From: an uncultured bacterium
GTDB lineage: Bacteria > Actinomycetota > Acidimicrobiia > Spongiisociales > UBA5794
DNA: 64,000 nucleotides
Assembly (NCBI GenBank): GCA_963801165.1
Contig: CAWDDT010000006.1
Location: forward strand, 224,001-288,000
Direction: 5' to 3'
Shown: piece after piece, positions 9,444 through 18,406 of the stretch
Numbering within the stretch: the stretch's first letter is position 1
Layout: every line of letters starts with the position of its first letter
Program-made: the position numbers and the translations under genes
The notes under the pieces: generated by a model
What the model was told of the DNA's origin: nothing
Seen by the model: the letters and a program-made list of their open reading frames with translations, nothing else
Database searches by the model: none

Positions 9444-10601
9444 ATGCGCAATGCGCTCCGTCGCCGTCTCGCACCGGCGGCCGCTATCGCTCTCGCCCTG
9501 GTCCTCGCCATACCCGCGACCGCCAGCGGCAGCGCCGGACCTGTGACGGTCGATTCTGTGGAGTACCTGGGCCAGCAGGTGATCCCGACGGGAACCATGT
9601 ACAGCGGCACCGAGATCGGAGGCCTCTCGAGCATCACCTACGACGCACACAGGGGCCAGTACTACGCGATTTCCGACGATCAGGGGAATCGGGGCACCGG
9701 CGATCCCGTCCGCTACTACACGATGACGCTCGATTTCGACGAGACCGGTTTCACCGGCACCGGCGTCGACTTCACCGATGTCACCCAGCTCTACGACGTC
9801 CACGGCCAGGCATTCGCCCCGGGAGGGGTCGACCCTGAGGGTCTCGTATACGACGGACGGTCGCAGCTCTACGTATCGGCCGAGGGCATTCTCGGTGACC
9901 CCATCGTGGACCCATTCATCCGCCGCTACAACATGAACGGGCGCCCAACGGCGCCGCTGCTCATTCCCGACAAGTACATTCCCAACGGAGTCGACTTCGG
10001 CGTTCGCCAGAACCTGTCCTTCGAGAGTCTGAACTTCACCCCCAACGGCAGAACCCTGGTGACGGCCGGCGAAGGCGCTCTCTACCAGGACGGCCCGGCG
10101 TCGAGCTTCACGAACGGAAGCCTCGCCCGCATCCTGACCTACGACGCCCGCAAGCGTCGGCCGACCGGCGAGTACGTCTACGAGGTCGAGCCGTGGGCGG
10201 AGCCGTCAGCCATCTTCGGCGTCAACGGGATCGCTGAGGTGCTGCCGCTCGACAACAAGGGCACGATGCTCGTGATGGAGCGGTCCTTCTCCGTCGGCGG
10301 CACACTCGGCGGCGGGACCGGGAACGTGATCAACATATACGAGATCTCGACGACCGGAGCCACCAACGTGCTCCCGGTGGATGCGCTCTACGACGGCGCC
10401 ACTCCGATCGACTTCACCCCGGTGAGCAAGCGGCTCGTGTTCTCCTTCGACAGCCTCGGCATCCCCATCGACAACATCGAGGGCATGACGTTTGGCCCCG
10501 ACCTGCCGGACGGGAGGAAGAGCCTGGTACTCGTCAGCGACAACAACTTTGCGGCCAGCCAATTCACCCAGTTCGTCGTGCTCGCCCTCGATCTCGACTG
10601 A
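9444..10601 (+). CDS. Secreted esterase-like activity of phytase family protein
   Basis: Signal peptide, GGLSSI, AISDD, DPEG, NLSFESL, DNIEGMTFGP, LVSDNNF. Confidence 0.9.
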   Translation: MRNALRRRLAPAAAIALALVLAIPATASGSAGPVTVDSVEYLGQQVIPTGTMYSGTEIGGLSSITYDAHRGQYYAISDDQGNRGTGDPVRYYTMTLDFDETGFTGTGVDFTDVTQLYDVHGQAFAPGGVDPEGLVYDGRSQLYVSAEGILGDPIVDPFIRRYNMNGRPTAPLLIPDKYIPNGVDFGVRQNLSFESLNFTPNGRTLVTAGEGALYQDGPASSFTNGSLARILTYDARKRRPTGEYVYEVEPWAEPSAIFGVNGIAEVLPLDNKGTMLVMERSFSVGGTLGGGTGNVINIYEISTTGATNVLPVDALYDGATPIDFTPVSKRLVFSFDSLGIPIDNIEGMTFGPDLPDGRKSLVLVSDNNFAASQFTQFVVLALDLD

Positions 10602-10642
10602 CCGACCAGCTGACCGACCAGCTGACCGACCAGCTGACCGAC
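10598..10642. repeat. 12-bp tandem repeat CTGACCGACCAG, about 3.75 copies
   Basis: Read directly. Begins at the stop codon of the phytase-like gene. Confidence 0.9.
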
Positions 10643-10644
10643 AG

Positions 10645-10679
10645 ACGGCTGCCGGTTCCCGTGTTGGACCGGCAGCCGT
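10645..10679. terminator. Hairpin between convergent genes (likely bidirectional terminator)
   Basis: ACGGCTGCCGGT / ACCGGCAGCCGT 12-bp perfect arms. Confidence 0.6.
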
Positions 10680-10690
10680 TGCACCCGCCG

Positions 10691-10722
10691 TCTACAGCTC
10701 GTCGGCTCTACAGCTCGTCGGC
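10691..10722. repeat. 16-bp tandem duplication TCTACAGCTCGTCGGC x2
   Basis: Read directly. Duplicates the last codons and stop of the minus-strand gene. Confidence 0.9.
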
Positions 10723-11334
10723 GTAGTCCCACAACGTCGGGAACAGGGTGACCGGCTGGGCGGGTGCATCCTCGACCTGGTCGCTGCCCATCAGCCTGAC
10801 GAGCAACGCTTTCCAGTCGAACGCCTCGTTGATGGCAGATGCCCGCAGTGTGACCAATCGCTCGCCCGGGACGTAGATGGGAACGATCGTATTGAGGATC
10901 TGCTCGATTTCGTTGCGGAATCGCTCGTTTGTGCTGCGTACGCCGTCCCCCTGGAGGGGCACGTCCGGCAGCAAGCGCACAAAGAGGTCGTAAGTGTCGC
11001 ACCAGCGTTTCACCAGCGGCGTGACGTCGAACGGGTCCTGGCCACCCGTCGCCCTCAGAAAGTATGCGAAGTTATCGACGATGGCACGATCCGTCACAAG
11101 GACGTCGGCGCGGTTGCGCAACTCCAGCTCCTGCTGGACCTGGGCCATGATCACCCACAGTTGCGCTTCGGCCGTGGCACCCTCGTTGAGACCGAGCGGA
11201 TTGAACCGGACGACCTCCCTTCCCACCTCGACACTGCGACCGCTGCGGCCGACGGCCCCGGCAAACGAGTGCACCGCATTCGTCTTTCGCACTGAGTGGG
11301 AGCCAATGAACGCGATCTTCACAGTTGGGGTCAT
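10708..11334 (-). CDS. P-loop NTPase, NadR/Ttd14 (AAA_28)-like nucleotide kinase fold
   Basis: KIAFIGSHSVRKT (variant Walker A), LVTDRAIVD, YDLFV, DGVRST. Confidence 0.7.
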   Translation of the reverse strand: MTPTVKIAFIGSHSVRKTNAVHSFAGAVGRSGRSVEVGREVVRFNPLGLNEGATAEAQLWVIMAQVQQELELRNRADVLVTDRAIVDNFAYFLRATGGQDPFDVTPLVKRWCDTYDLFVRLLPDVPLQGDGVRSTNERFRNEIEQILNTIVPIYVPGERLVTLRASAINEAFDWKALLVRLMGSDQVEDAPAQPVTLFPTLWDYADEL

Positions 11335-11492
11335 CGTCCGATCTGCAACGTCTGATACCGGTGCGATGACAATAGACCCGCCCACAAACCCAAATGCGGA
11401 TTAACCGGTTCCGGCAACGAGGAGCACCCAATATCCCGATTCGCCGGTAGAATCCGCCCTCGCTCCAAGCCTCACCACAACTAGGCATCTCC

Positions 11493-11960
11493 ATGAAGAC
11501 CGAAGTCATCCGTAGCCCACGCCGTAAGAAGACCGTCGAAGCCAGGATGGTCGGAGACACGCTTCGTGTCCTCCTCCCCGCCTCCTTGACCCGGGAAGAG
11601 GAGGAGCATTGGGTTGGCGAGATGGTGCGCCGCGTCGAGCGCAAGACGAAGTCCGACCACATCGACCTGTCCAGCCGTGCTCGCGCCCTGGCCCGCCGTT
11701 ACGGGCTGCCCGAGGCGGCGTCCATCGCGGTCTCTCCTCGCCAGCGCGCCCGGTGGGGGTCCTGCTCCCCGGAGACGGGTGCCGTCCGCATTTCGAGCCA
11801 GGTGCTGGCGTTTCCGGCCTGGGTGCTCGACTACGTCATCGTCCACGAGCTCGCCCACCTGATCGAGGCGAACCACAGCGTGCGTTTCTGGGGTCTCGTG
11901 AACCGATACGAGCTGTCTGAGCGCGCCCGCGGGTTCCTCATCGCGGCCCAGGACAGGTAA
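11493..11960 (+). CDS. M48/YgjP (DUF45) family metallopeptidase-like protein
   Basis: RSPRRKKTV, RWGSCS, DYVIVHELAHL...H...FW. Confidence 0.9.
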   Translation: MKTEVIRSPRRKKTVEARMVGDTLRVLLPASLTREEEEHWVGEMVRRVERKTKSDHIDLSSRARALARRYGLPEAASIAVSPRQRARWGSCSPETGAVRISSQVLAFPAWVLDYVIVHELAHLIEANHSVRFWGLVNRYELSERARGFLIAAQDR

Positions 11961-12011
11961 CACCGCCGCCCCCGTGGCGTGCCCGCCGCTGCGGAATCGT
12001 CTACCGTCAAG

Positions 12012-12548
12012 ATGGTGAGCACACCGCCCGAGCTTCTGTCGTCGCACGACATCCAACAGCGTGTCGCCAGCCTCGCCGCCGACATCGATCGCACCTACGC
12101 CGGCACCGGCACCCTCGTGCTCATCGGCGTCCTCAAAGGCTCTTTCATCTTCCTCTCCGACCTGGCCCGGAAGTTGACCGTACCGCACCGTGTCGAGTTC
12201 ATCGCGGTGACGAGCTACGGTGCCAAAGAGAGCGAGAATGCCGACCCGGTGCGGCTGATCATGGATGTACGTCACGGCATCGGCGGCCAGGACGTCCTCA
12301 TCGTCGAGGACATCGTCGATACCGGCCACACCCTCGCCTATCTGAAGCGCCTCTTCATCGCTCGCGACCCGCGGTCGTTGCGGACATGCTCGCTGCTTTT
12401 CAAGCCGGCGCGGACCGAACAGGACGTGGACATCGACTTCCTCGGATTCAGCATCCCCGACGTGTGGGTGGTGGGATACGGTCTCGACTACGCCGAGCGA
12501 TACCGCACGTTGCCATACATAGCCGAGCTGCCCGCGGAGATGCGCTGA
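12012..12548 (+). CDS. hpt: Hypoxanthine phosphoribosyltransferase
   Basis: GVLKGSFIF, TSY loop, VLIVEDIVDTGHT, WVVGYGLDYAERYR. Confidence 0.95.
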   Translation: MVSTPPELLSSHDIQQRVASLAADIDRTYAGTGTLVLIGVLKGSFIFLSDLARKLTVPHRVEFIAVTSYGAKESENADPVRLIMDVRHGIGGQDVLIVEDIVDTGHTLAYLKRLFIARDPRSLRTCSLLFKPARTEQDVDIDFLGFSIPDVWVVGYGLDYAERYRTLPYIAELPAEMR

Positions 12549-12643
12549 GCCCCTCGCCGACAATATGCAACCGTGGATTCCGGCTCAGGAAACTCTCATG
12601 TTCTACCTTTACGTTGTCGCCACTCCCTGTCGATGACAAGACG

Positions 12644-13372
12644 ATGGAAGCCATGAAGCCTCAACAACCAAGAACCGGTTCCCGGTACGAAGAAGTCACC
12701 AGGCGCGCCTTCCTCCGTCGCGCCGCACAAACTGCGGGAGCCGTGGCGGTGCTGCCTTTGATCGCATCCTGTAGCAACGATGCCCGGGTGTTCGCCTCCG
12801 CCACCACCACGGTACCGGATACGAGCCAGCCGTCCGGTACCGCGCCACCAACGACCACAACGACCACAACGGAGGCGCCCACCAGCAGTACCACCGCTAC
12901 GACGGTTGCCGCAACGGCGGGCAATCTCACCGGGGAGATGCTCGTCGCCTTCACCTTTGCCGCCGCCGGTCGAGGCCCGGTGCGCAATCCCTACGTCGCA
13001 GTCTGGATCGAAGACGCCGATGGCGAGCTCGTCGACACGGTCGCCCTCTGGATCCTGCAATCGCAGAAGGGTCTGCGCTATCTGGCCGAGTTGCGCCGCT
13101 GGTACTCGGTGGACGGCACCGTGACATCCATCGACACGGTCTCCAGTGCGACGAGGAGCCCGGGCGATTACACGGTGTCCTGGGGCATGACCGATAGCAA
13201 CCACCGGCCCGTTGCGGCCGGCCAGTACTACGTGTGTATCGAGGCAGCGCGCGAGCATGGGCCCTATTCGCTCATCCGTGAGAGTGTCGCCGTCGACGCC
13301 GCCATGGCGCCCGTCCAGCTTCCCGACGATGGCGAATTGACCAACGCCGCGGTGTCCCTGGCCCCCGGCTAG
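12644..13372 (+). CDS. Tat-exported DUF2271 domain protein (possible lipoprotein)
   Basis: TRRAFLRR, IASC, Thr-rich linker, NPYVAVWIED, DTVSSATR, IEAAREHG. Confidence 0.85.
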   Translation: MEAMKPQQPRTGSRYEEVTRRAFLRRAAQTAGAVAVLPLIASCSNDARVFASATTTVPDTSQPSGTAPPTTTTTTTEAPTSSTTATTVAATAGNLTGEMLVAFTFAAAGRGPVRNPYVAVWIEDADGELVDTVALWILQSQKGLRYLAELRRWYSVDGTVTSIDTVSSATRSPGDYTVSWGMTDSNHRPVAAGQYYVCIEAAREHGPYSLIRESVAVDAAMAPVQLPDDGELTNAAVSLAPG

Positions 13373-13375
13373 CCA

Positions 13376-14023
13376 ATGTCGATGACTTCCCACGAGACAA
13401 AACGTCACCCGAAGCCACCGCCGTCTACCCGGGGCAAGCTGTGGCGTGATTCGCAACGATGGACGAGATGGCTGCACGCCTATTCGAGCATGCTCGCCCT
13501 TCTACTCGTGCTCTTCTTCGGGTTCACGGGTGTCACCCTGAACCACCCGGACTGGACGTTCGGTTTCGCGCCAACCGAGACGACCGTCTCCGGGAGCCTG
13601 CCCGCCGGCTGGCAGACCGGCAACGGGACGGTTGAGTTTCTCACAGTCAGTGAGTTCCTGAGAAGCGAGCATGGGATCAGGGGCGAGGTATCGGACTTCG
13701 GCGAGACAACGACCGACGCGTTCATCAGCTACCGCGGCCCGGGCTACAGCGCCGACGCGATCCTCGACCTGACAACGCAGAGCTATCAGCTCACCGTCGA
13801 GCAGCAGGGATGGGTTGGCGTTCTCAACGATCTTCACAAGGGACGCGACACGGTCAGCTCGTGGAACTGGTTGGTTGACGTTTCGGGCATCTTCCTCGTC
13901 GTTATCTCCGTCACCGGGCTGGCGCTTCAGCTGCTGATACGAAAACGCCGCCGGTCTGCGCTGGTCGTTGCCGGGATCGGGACAGTGATAACTCTCTTCC
14001 TGACCGTCATCGCCGTCAGTTGA
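13376..14023 (+). CDS. PepSY-associated TM helix protein
   Basis: RWLHAYSSM...GFTGVTLNHPDW...LNDLHKGRD. Confidence 0.9.
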   Translation: MSMTSHETKRHPKPPPSTRGKLWRDSQRWTRWLHAYSSMLALLLVLFFGFTGVTLNHPDWTFGFAPTETTVSGSLPAGWQTGNGTVEFLTVSEFLRSEHGIRGEVSDFGETTTDAFISYRGPGYSADAILDLTTQSYQLTVEQQGWVGVLNDLHKGRDTVSSWNWLVDVSGIFLVVISVTGLALQLLIRKRRRSALVVAGIGTVITLFLTVIAVS

Positions 14024-14906
14024 CCTCTGCGTTCTCCCAGATTTGGTTGCGGTCCGTTTCGCCGTTGCTTTCCACAATCAGATAGCCGACCAGATAGCCG
14101 ACGCTCTCGTCCATCCGGTCGAGAAACTGCTCCCGCTCGTCGACGCCGACCACCGTCAACGCCGTTGCCACCACGTCGGCGACGCACGCCGATGGAGCCA
14201 GCACGCTCACCTGCAAGACACCCTCTGCAGGCATCCCCGTGCGCGGATCGAGGACGTGGCTGTGCCGCCGGTCGCCGATGGTCCAGCCCCGGTGAGCCCC
14301 GCCGCTGGTAGCGACGGCGCCGTCTCTCAGTTCGATCACGGCCATCGGCGCCGCGTTGTTGTACGGGCGGTGCGGGTTCTCGATGGCCACCCGCAGGGGG
14401 CGAGGTCCCGTGTGCCGGATATCGCCTCCCCCGTTCACGGTGACGCCGTTTGCGTCGCGCTCTTGCCCCGCCCTCTCGGTGGCACGGTCGACGATCCATC
14501 CCTTGGCGATGCCGTTGAGATCGACGCTCGATCGGTCCCGGTTCAGCCTGGCTGCGGCCAGCTCGGCAGCGCCGGGACCCCGTCCCTCGGTGGCGGCATC
14601 GGTCCAGACTTCACGAAGCCGCCCCACGTAAGGATCGAAGGCACCCTCGCTCAGGTCGTGCCACCGCTCGGCGATGCCGAGTACCTCGAGGATCTCCGGT
14701 CCGGCCTCCGTCTCGCTACGCCGCCATCGGCTCAACTCTGAATCCGGGTCGTACACGTTGAACACGGACTGGAGCCGTGCGATCTCCTCGATTGCCTGGT
14801 GCTCGATCCGCAGAGCCGCCGCCTGCGTGTCCGCTTCGATGCGCAACTCGATGACCGTGCCCAGCAGGCCGTGGTGCCTGCTCACGAAGGGCTCCATCAC
14901 GGTCAC
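14016..14906 (-). CDS. apbE: FAD:protein FMN transferase (ApbE family)
   Basis: LLGT, GAFDP, DLNGIAKGWIVD, NGGGDI, VATSG, SHVLDPRTG, ADVVATAL. Confidence 0.92.
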   Translation of the reverse strand: MTVMEPFVSRHHGLLGTVIELRIEADTQAAALRIEHQAIEEIARLQSVFNVYDPDSELSRWRRSETEAGPEILEVLGIAERWHDLSEGAFDPYVGRLREVWTDAATEGRGPGAAELAAARLNRDRSSVDLNGIAKGWIVDRATERAGQERDANGVTVNGGGDIRHTGPRPLRVAIENPHRPYNNAAPMAVIELRDGAVATSGGAHRGWTIGDRRHSHVLDPRTGMPAEGVLQVSVLAPSACVADVVATALTVVGVDEREQFLDRMDESVGYLVGYLIVESNGETDRNQIWENAEVN

Positions 14907-14924
14907 ACCGACGTCGTGGCGGCG

Positions 14925-15374
14925 CTACTCACCGATATCTTCGTTCCACAATGCGGGATGGTCGGTGATGAAGCTCTGCATCATCGTTCGGCATTCCGGA
15001 TCGTCGGCGACCACGACTTCCACCCCGCGGGAACGCAACAGATCCTCTGCCCCCAGGAAGGTGGTGTTCTCGCCGATGACGACCCGGGGGATACCGTACA
15101 GAAGGATCGCCCCTGTACACATGTCGCACGGGGACAGCGTCGTGTACATCGTTGCCCGCCGGTAGACCGACGCCGGCAGCCTTCCCGCGTCCTCTAGCGC
15201 ATCGGTCTCCCCGTGCCGGGTCGGCGAACCAAGCTGTACTCGCCGGTTGTGACCTTTGCCGAGCACTTTGCCGTCGGCCACCAGGACCGCCCCAATGGGG
15301 ATCCCGCCCTCGCCAAGCCCGAGCCTCGCCTGCTCTCTGGCGATGGCGAGGTAGTCGATATCATCAGGTCTCAT
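14925..15374 (-). CDS. Nucleoside/cytosine deaminase (Fcy1-like)
   Basis: HGETDALE, TTLSPCDMCTG, WNEDIGE. Confidence 0.92.
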   Translation of the reverse strand: MRPDDIDYLAIAREQARLGLGEGGIPIGAVLVADGKVLGKGHNRRVQLGSPTRHGETDALEDAGRLPASVYRRATMYTTLSPCDMCTGAILLYGIPRVVIGENTTFLGAEDLLRSRGVEVVVADDPECRTMMQSFITDHPALWNEDIGE

Positions 15375-15471
15375 ACTTCTCCGGGTCCGGGCAGCCCACT
15401 TTATCGTGGGTCGACATGAGCCCGGTAGCTACCCGATGGCCACATCGTCATCACCCGTCCCCGGTGAGACG

Positions 15472-17106
15472 TCACTCGATGGTCGAGTTGACCACCTGAA
15501 TCGGTCCGTCGCCCAGATAGAAGATCCCCGGGAATCCGGCCGTCCCAAACCCGTCGCTGGGGTTTCGCCGCAATGTCGAGTCTTCGATGTGCAGATGTCC
15601 CGTCCGGTCGTTGCTGACAAAGAAGATCGCTCCCCCGCCTTCGTTGGCGTGGTTGTCCTCGATCACGGTGTCGATGACGGTCAGCGTGTAGGTGTTGCCG
15701 TCGTTGTAGATCGCTGCCCCGCTGCCGCCGCCGGGCGTGCCGCCCTGGGCCGGGTTCGCTCCGTTGCCGATGGCGTCGTTATGGCTGAATAGGCTGTTGA
15801 TGACGGTGAACGACACCCCGATGCTGCTCAAACCGCCGCCATTGGAGCAGACGTTCCCGTACCCCTCGCCTCCCCCGAACGTAGACTGTACGACATAGAC
15901 CGGCAAGCCCTGGTACTGGCTGAAGACACGCACCGCGGCGCCGCCCACATCGGGACCTACGTCATCACAGACGTTGTTGAAGAACCGCGAGTTCACAATC
16001 TTGAACCGGCCGCCCCGGACCCAGATGGCACCGCCGCCGTCCGGGTCGGCGCCCTTCGAGTTCCCATCGACAAAAGTCAGGTTCTGCACCGTGAGGCGCG
16101 GCGAATCCTGATCCTGGCAATGGGAGGTCGTCCACACCAGGTCCGGGTCGCAAGTGTTCATGTAGAGGATCCGATTCTGGCCGCGGCCGCTCAATGTCAC
16201 GAGGCCGCCGCCGTCGATGACGATGTCGGGGCCGGTGTTGTTGAATACCCGGGCGGGCTCCTCCATCTGGATTGTGACCGCGTCGGGGCCACAATCGAAC
16301 ACGATGACACCGCCCCCGGCGACCGCGTCGACTACCGCCTGAGATGTGCAGCTAGCCGCGGTGCCGTTCCCGATCACCACATCGGGGTGGGTGACGTCCT
16401 CGGCTCGTGCTTCCTCAGGCACCTCGGCGGTGCCATCGGGATTCCCGATCGGCGGCCCGGGGCGCTCTGGCGGGGTCAGGGGCGTGAGCCCGAGACCCCG
16501 CGTCATGAAGGTAGCCATTTGCGCTCTCGTGACAAGATTGTCCGGGCAGTACCGATTGTTCGTGGGCGGGTTACAGCCCTTGGTGATACCGGCGGCGGCG
16601 AGTTGGTTGATCGCATCTGCAAACACTCCGTCGGCATCAACAAACGGCGCCTCCGAAGTTGCCGGCAGATCCAGAGCCCTCGTCAAGAACGCCGCCATCT
16701 GCCCCCTGGTCACCGGATCCTCGGGACAAAACAGATTGTTCGTCGGTGGGTTACAGCCCTTGGTGATACCGGCGGCGGCGAGTTGGTTGATCGCATCTGC
16801 AAACACTCCCTCGGCATCAACAAACGGCGCCTCCGAAGTTGCCGGCAGATCCAGACCCCTCGTCAAGAACGCCGCCATCTGCCCCCTGGTCACCGGATCC
16901 TCGGGACAAAACAGATTGTTCGTCGGTGGGTTACAGCCCTTGGTGATACCGGCGGCGGCGATTGCCTCGATTGCCGACTGGTGCGGGCTGTGGTCGTCGT
17001 CGAGAAACGTCCCGCCCGGCGGAAGCTCCGCCGCGTCGGCCGCGACCAGGGCGGAGGCGATCACCATGGCGGCCACCGCGGCGATGAGCAAGAATCGTCT
17101 GGGCAT
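15472..17106 (-). CDS. Secreted protein with three SLH-like repeats and a beta-helix (pectin lyase-like/POMP-type) domain
   Basis: Signal peptide, 3x GITKGCNPPTNN..CP...TR[GA]QMA[AT]F, GGAI/GGGAIF repeats. Confidence 0.85.
   Translation of the reverse strand: MPRRFLLIAAVAAMVIASALVAADAAELPPGGTFLDDDHSPHQSAIEAIAAAGITKGCNPPTNNLFCPEDPVTRGQMAAFLTRGLDLPATSEAPFVDAEGVFADAINQLAAAGITKGCNPPTNNLFCPEDPVTRGQMAAFLTRALDLPATSEAPFVDADGVFADAINQLAAAGITKGCNPPTNNRYCPDNLVTRAQMATFMTRGLGLTPLTPPERPGPPIGNPDGTAEVPEEARAEDVTHPDVVIGNGTAASCTSQAVVDAVAGGGVIVFDCGPDAVTIQMEEPARVFNNTGPDIVIDGGGLVTLSGRGQNRILYMNTCDPDLVWTTSHCQDQDSPRLTVQNLTFVDGNSKGADPDGGGAIWVRGGRFKIVNSRFFNNVCDDVGPDVGGAAVRVFSQYQGLPVYVVQSTFGGGEGYGNVCSNGGGLSSIGVSFTVINSLFSHNDAIGNGANPAQGGTPGGGSGAAIYNDGNTYTLTVIDTVIEDNHANEGGGAIFFVSNDRTGHLHIEDSTLRRNPSDGFGTAGFPGIFYLGDGPIQVVNSTIE
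16554..16961. repeat. 180-bp near-identical intragenic tandem repeat (about 2.3 copies)
   Basis: Period of 180 nt visible across lines 16561, 16741 and 16921, with only a few substitutions. Confidence 0.92.
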
Positions 17107-17134
17107 GGCCCCGAGGCTAGCTCGCGGCCGGTTG

Positions 17135-18307
17135 CTAACGGGCTCTACCGGCGAGACGCATCTCGAGGGGCGAGCGGAAGCGCGGGGTGACGACGTCACC
17201 CGCCAGCCAGTTCTCGAGACGGCTCACCTCGGTCTCCACCAGCGTCTTCTCGTCGGCCCGGAGCGCTTCGAGTACTTCACATTCGACACCGCCGTCGGGG
17301 TTCTGTGCCCAGCCGCCGATGACCCGCCCGTTGACCCAGATGGTCGGGCCGATGTTCCCGTTGCGGTCGAACAGCTGCTTCTCGTGCTCGCCCAGAAACC
17401 AGCGCCGCACCTTCCACCCCATTGGCGTGGAGTCCAGTGACGGCAGCAACGCCGCCCAGGGCTCGGGCGGATCGGTGGTTCCGGTGTCGCCGGGGGCAAC
17501 GAATCCGGTCGTACCGTCGAGTTCCACCTCCACCGCGCCGGCATCCGCCAGGGCAACTCTCGTATCGCGCACACCTATGCCTGCCCACCATTTCACGTCG
17601 TCGAACGTGCCGGGGCCATAACTCGCCAGCCACCGCCCGATCGCCTTCGCCCTCGCCATGCGCAAATCGAGGTGGCGAGGCTGCTGGTCGAGCCAGGCCT
17701 CGAGTGCCGCCCACCGGTACTGCCCGGAGACCCATGACCCGAGGGGGCGGACGCGGATTATGCGGCCGGCCGCCGCCAGAAAGAAGAGGACCCGCGTCGA
17801 CAGACCGACCTGGCCGCCCCATTTCGTGCCCGCCCCAACGGTCAGCTTGGTGGCCAGCTCCGGTACCTCTCCGGTCAGCTCTCGTGCGCTGGCCTCACCG
17901 AGCTTCTCGAGCGCCGCAAGCGTCCGGGTGACCACATCATCGAGCCAATCGGGTGCGAGATCGTGCTGCTCGGCCAGCCAGCCTTCGAGCCGCCGGCGTT
18001 CGGCCGGCTCGTACCGTTTGGCGAAGCCGGCCCGGAGCAGAACCTCCATCTCCAGCGGCACCACGAACAGGGTGCGCCGCATACCAAGTACGCGGACAAG
18101 CGACCGTTCTTCATAGAGGGCGGCCTCTAGGTCCGCCGGCTCGAAGCTGGTCACCCGCGCCCGGGCGCTGAGGAAGACCGTGCTCGGATCACTCGAGTGG
18201 ATGCCTACCAGGTCGCCCGCCACCGGGACGACGCTCGGAGCGGAACGAGCGAGGTGGTGCCGGACGCCGAGACGGCGGCGTCGTTCCTCCGTGGTGATCG
18301 AAAACAT
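17135..18307 (-). CDS. AlkZ/HTH_42 family winged-helix DNA glycosylase-like protein
   Basis: GIHSSDPSTVFLSARAR, MRRTLFV, YGPGT..DVKWW, LLPSLD. Confidence 0.85.
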   Translation of the reverse strand: MFSITTEERRRRLGVRHHLARSAPSVVPVAGDLVGIHSSDPSTVFLSARARVTSFEPADLEAALYEERSLVRVLGMRRTLFVVPLEMEVLLRAGFAKRYEPAERRRLEGWLAEQHDLAPDWLDDVVTRTLAALEKLGEASARELTGEVPELATKLTVGAGTKWGGQVGLSTRVLFFLAAAGRIIRVRPLGSWVSGQYRWAALEAWLDQQPRHLDLRMARAKAIGRWLASYGPGTFDDVKWWAGIGVRDTRVALADAGAVEVELDGTTGFVAPGDTGTTDPPEPWAALLPSLDSTPMGWKVRRWFLGEHEKQLFDRNGNIGPTIWVNGRVIGGWAQNPDGGVECEVLEALRADEKTLVETEVSRLENWLAGDVVTPRFRSPLEMRLAGRAR

Positions 18308-18406
18308 GGCTTCCGACCCTAGCGTCGCCCACCGACCGAGCTTGCGGACGGTGGCGGCCGACACGGCGAGAAATAGCCGCCGCAACGGCGGGGTATCCTC
18401 CCGCCC

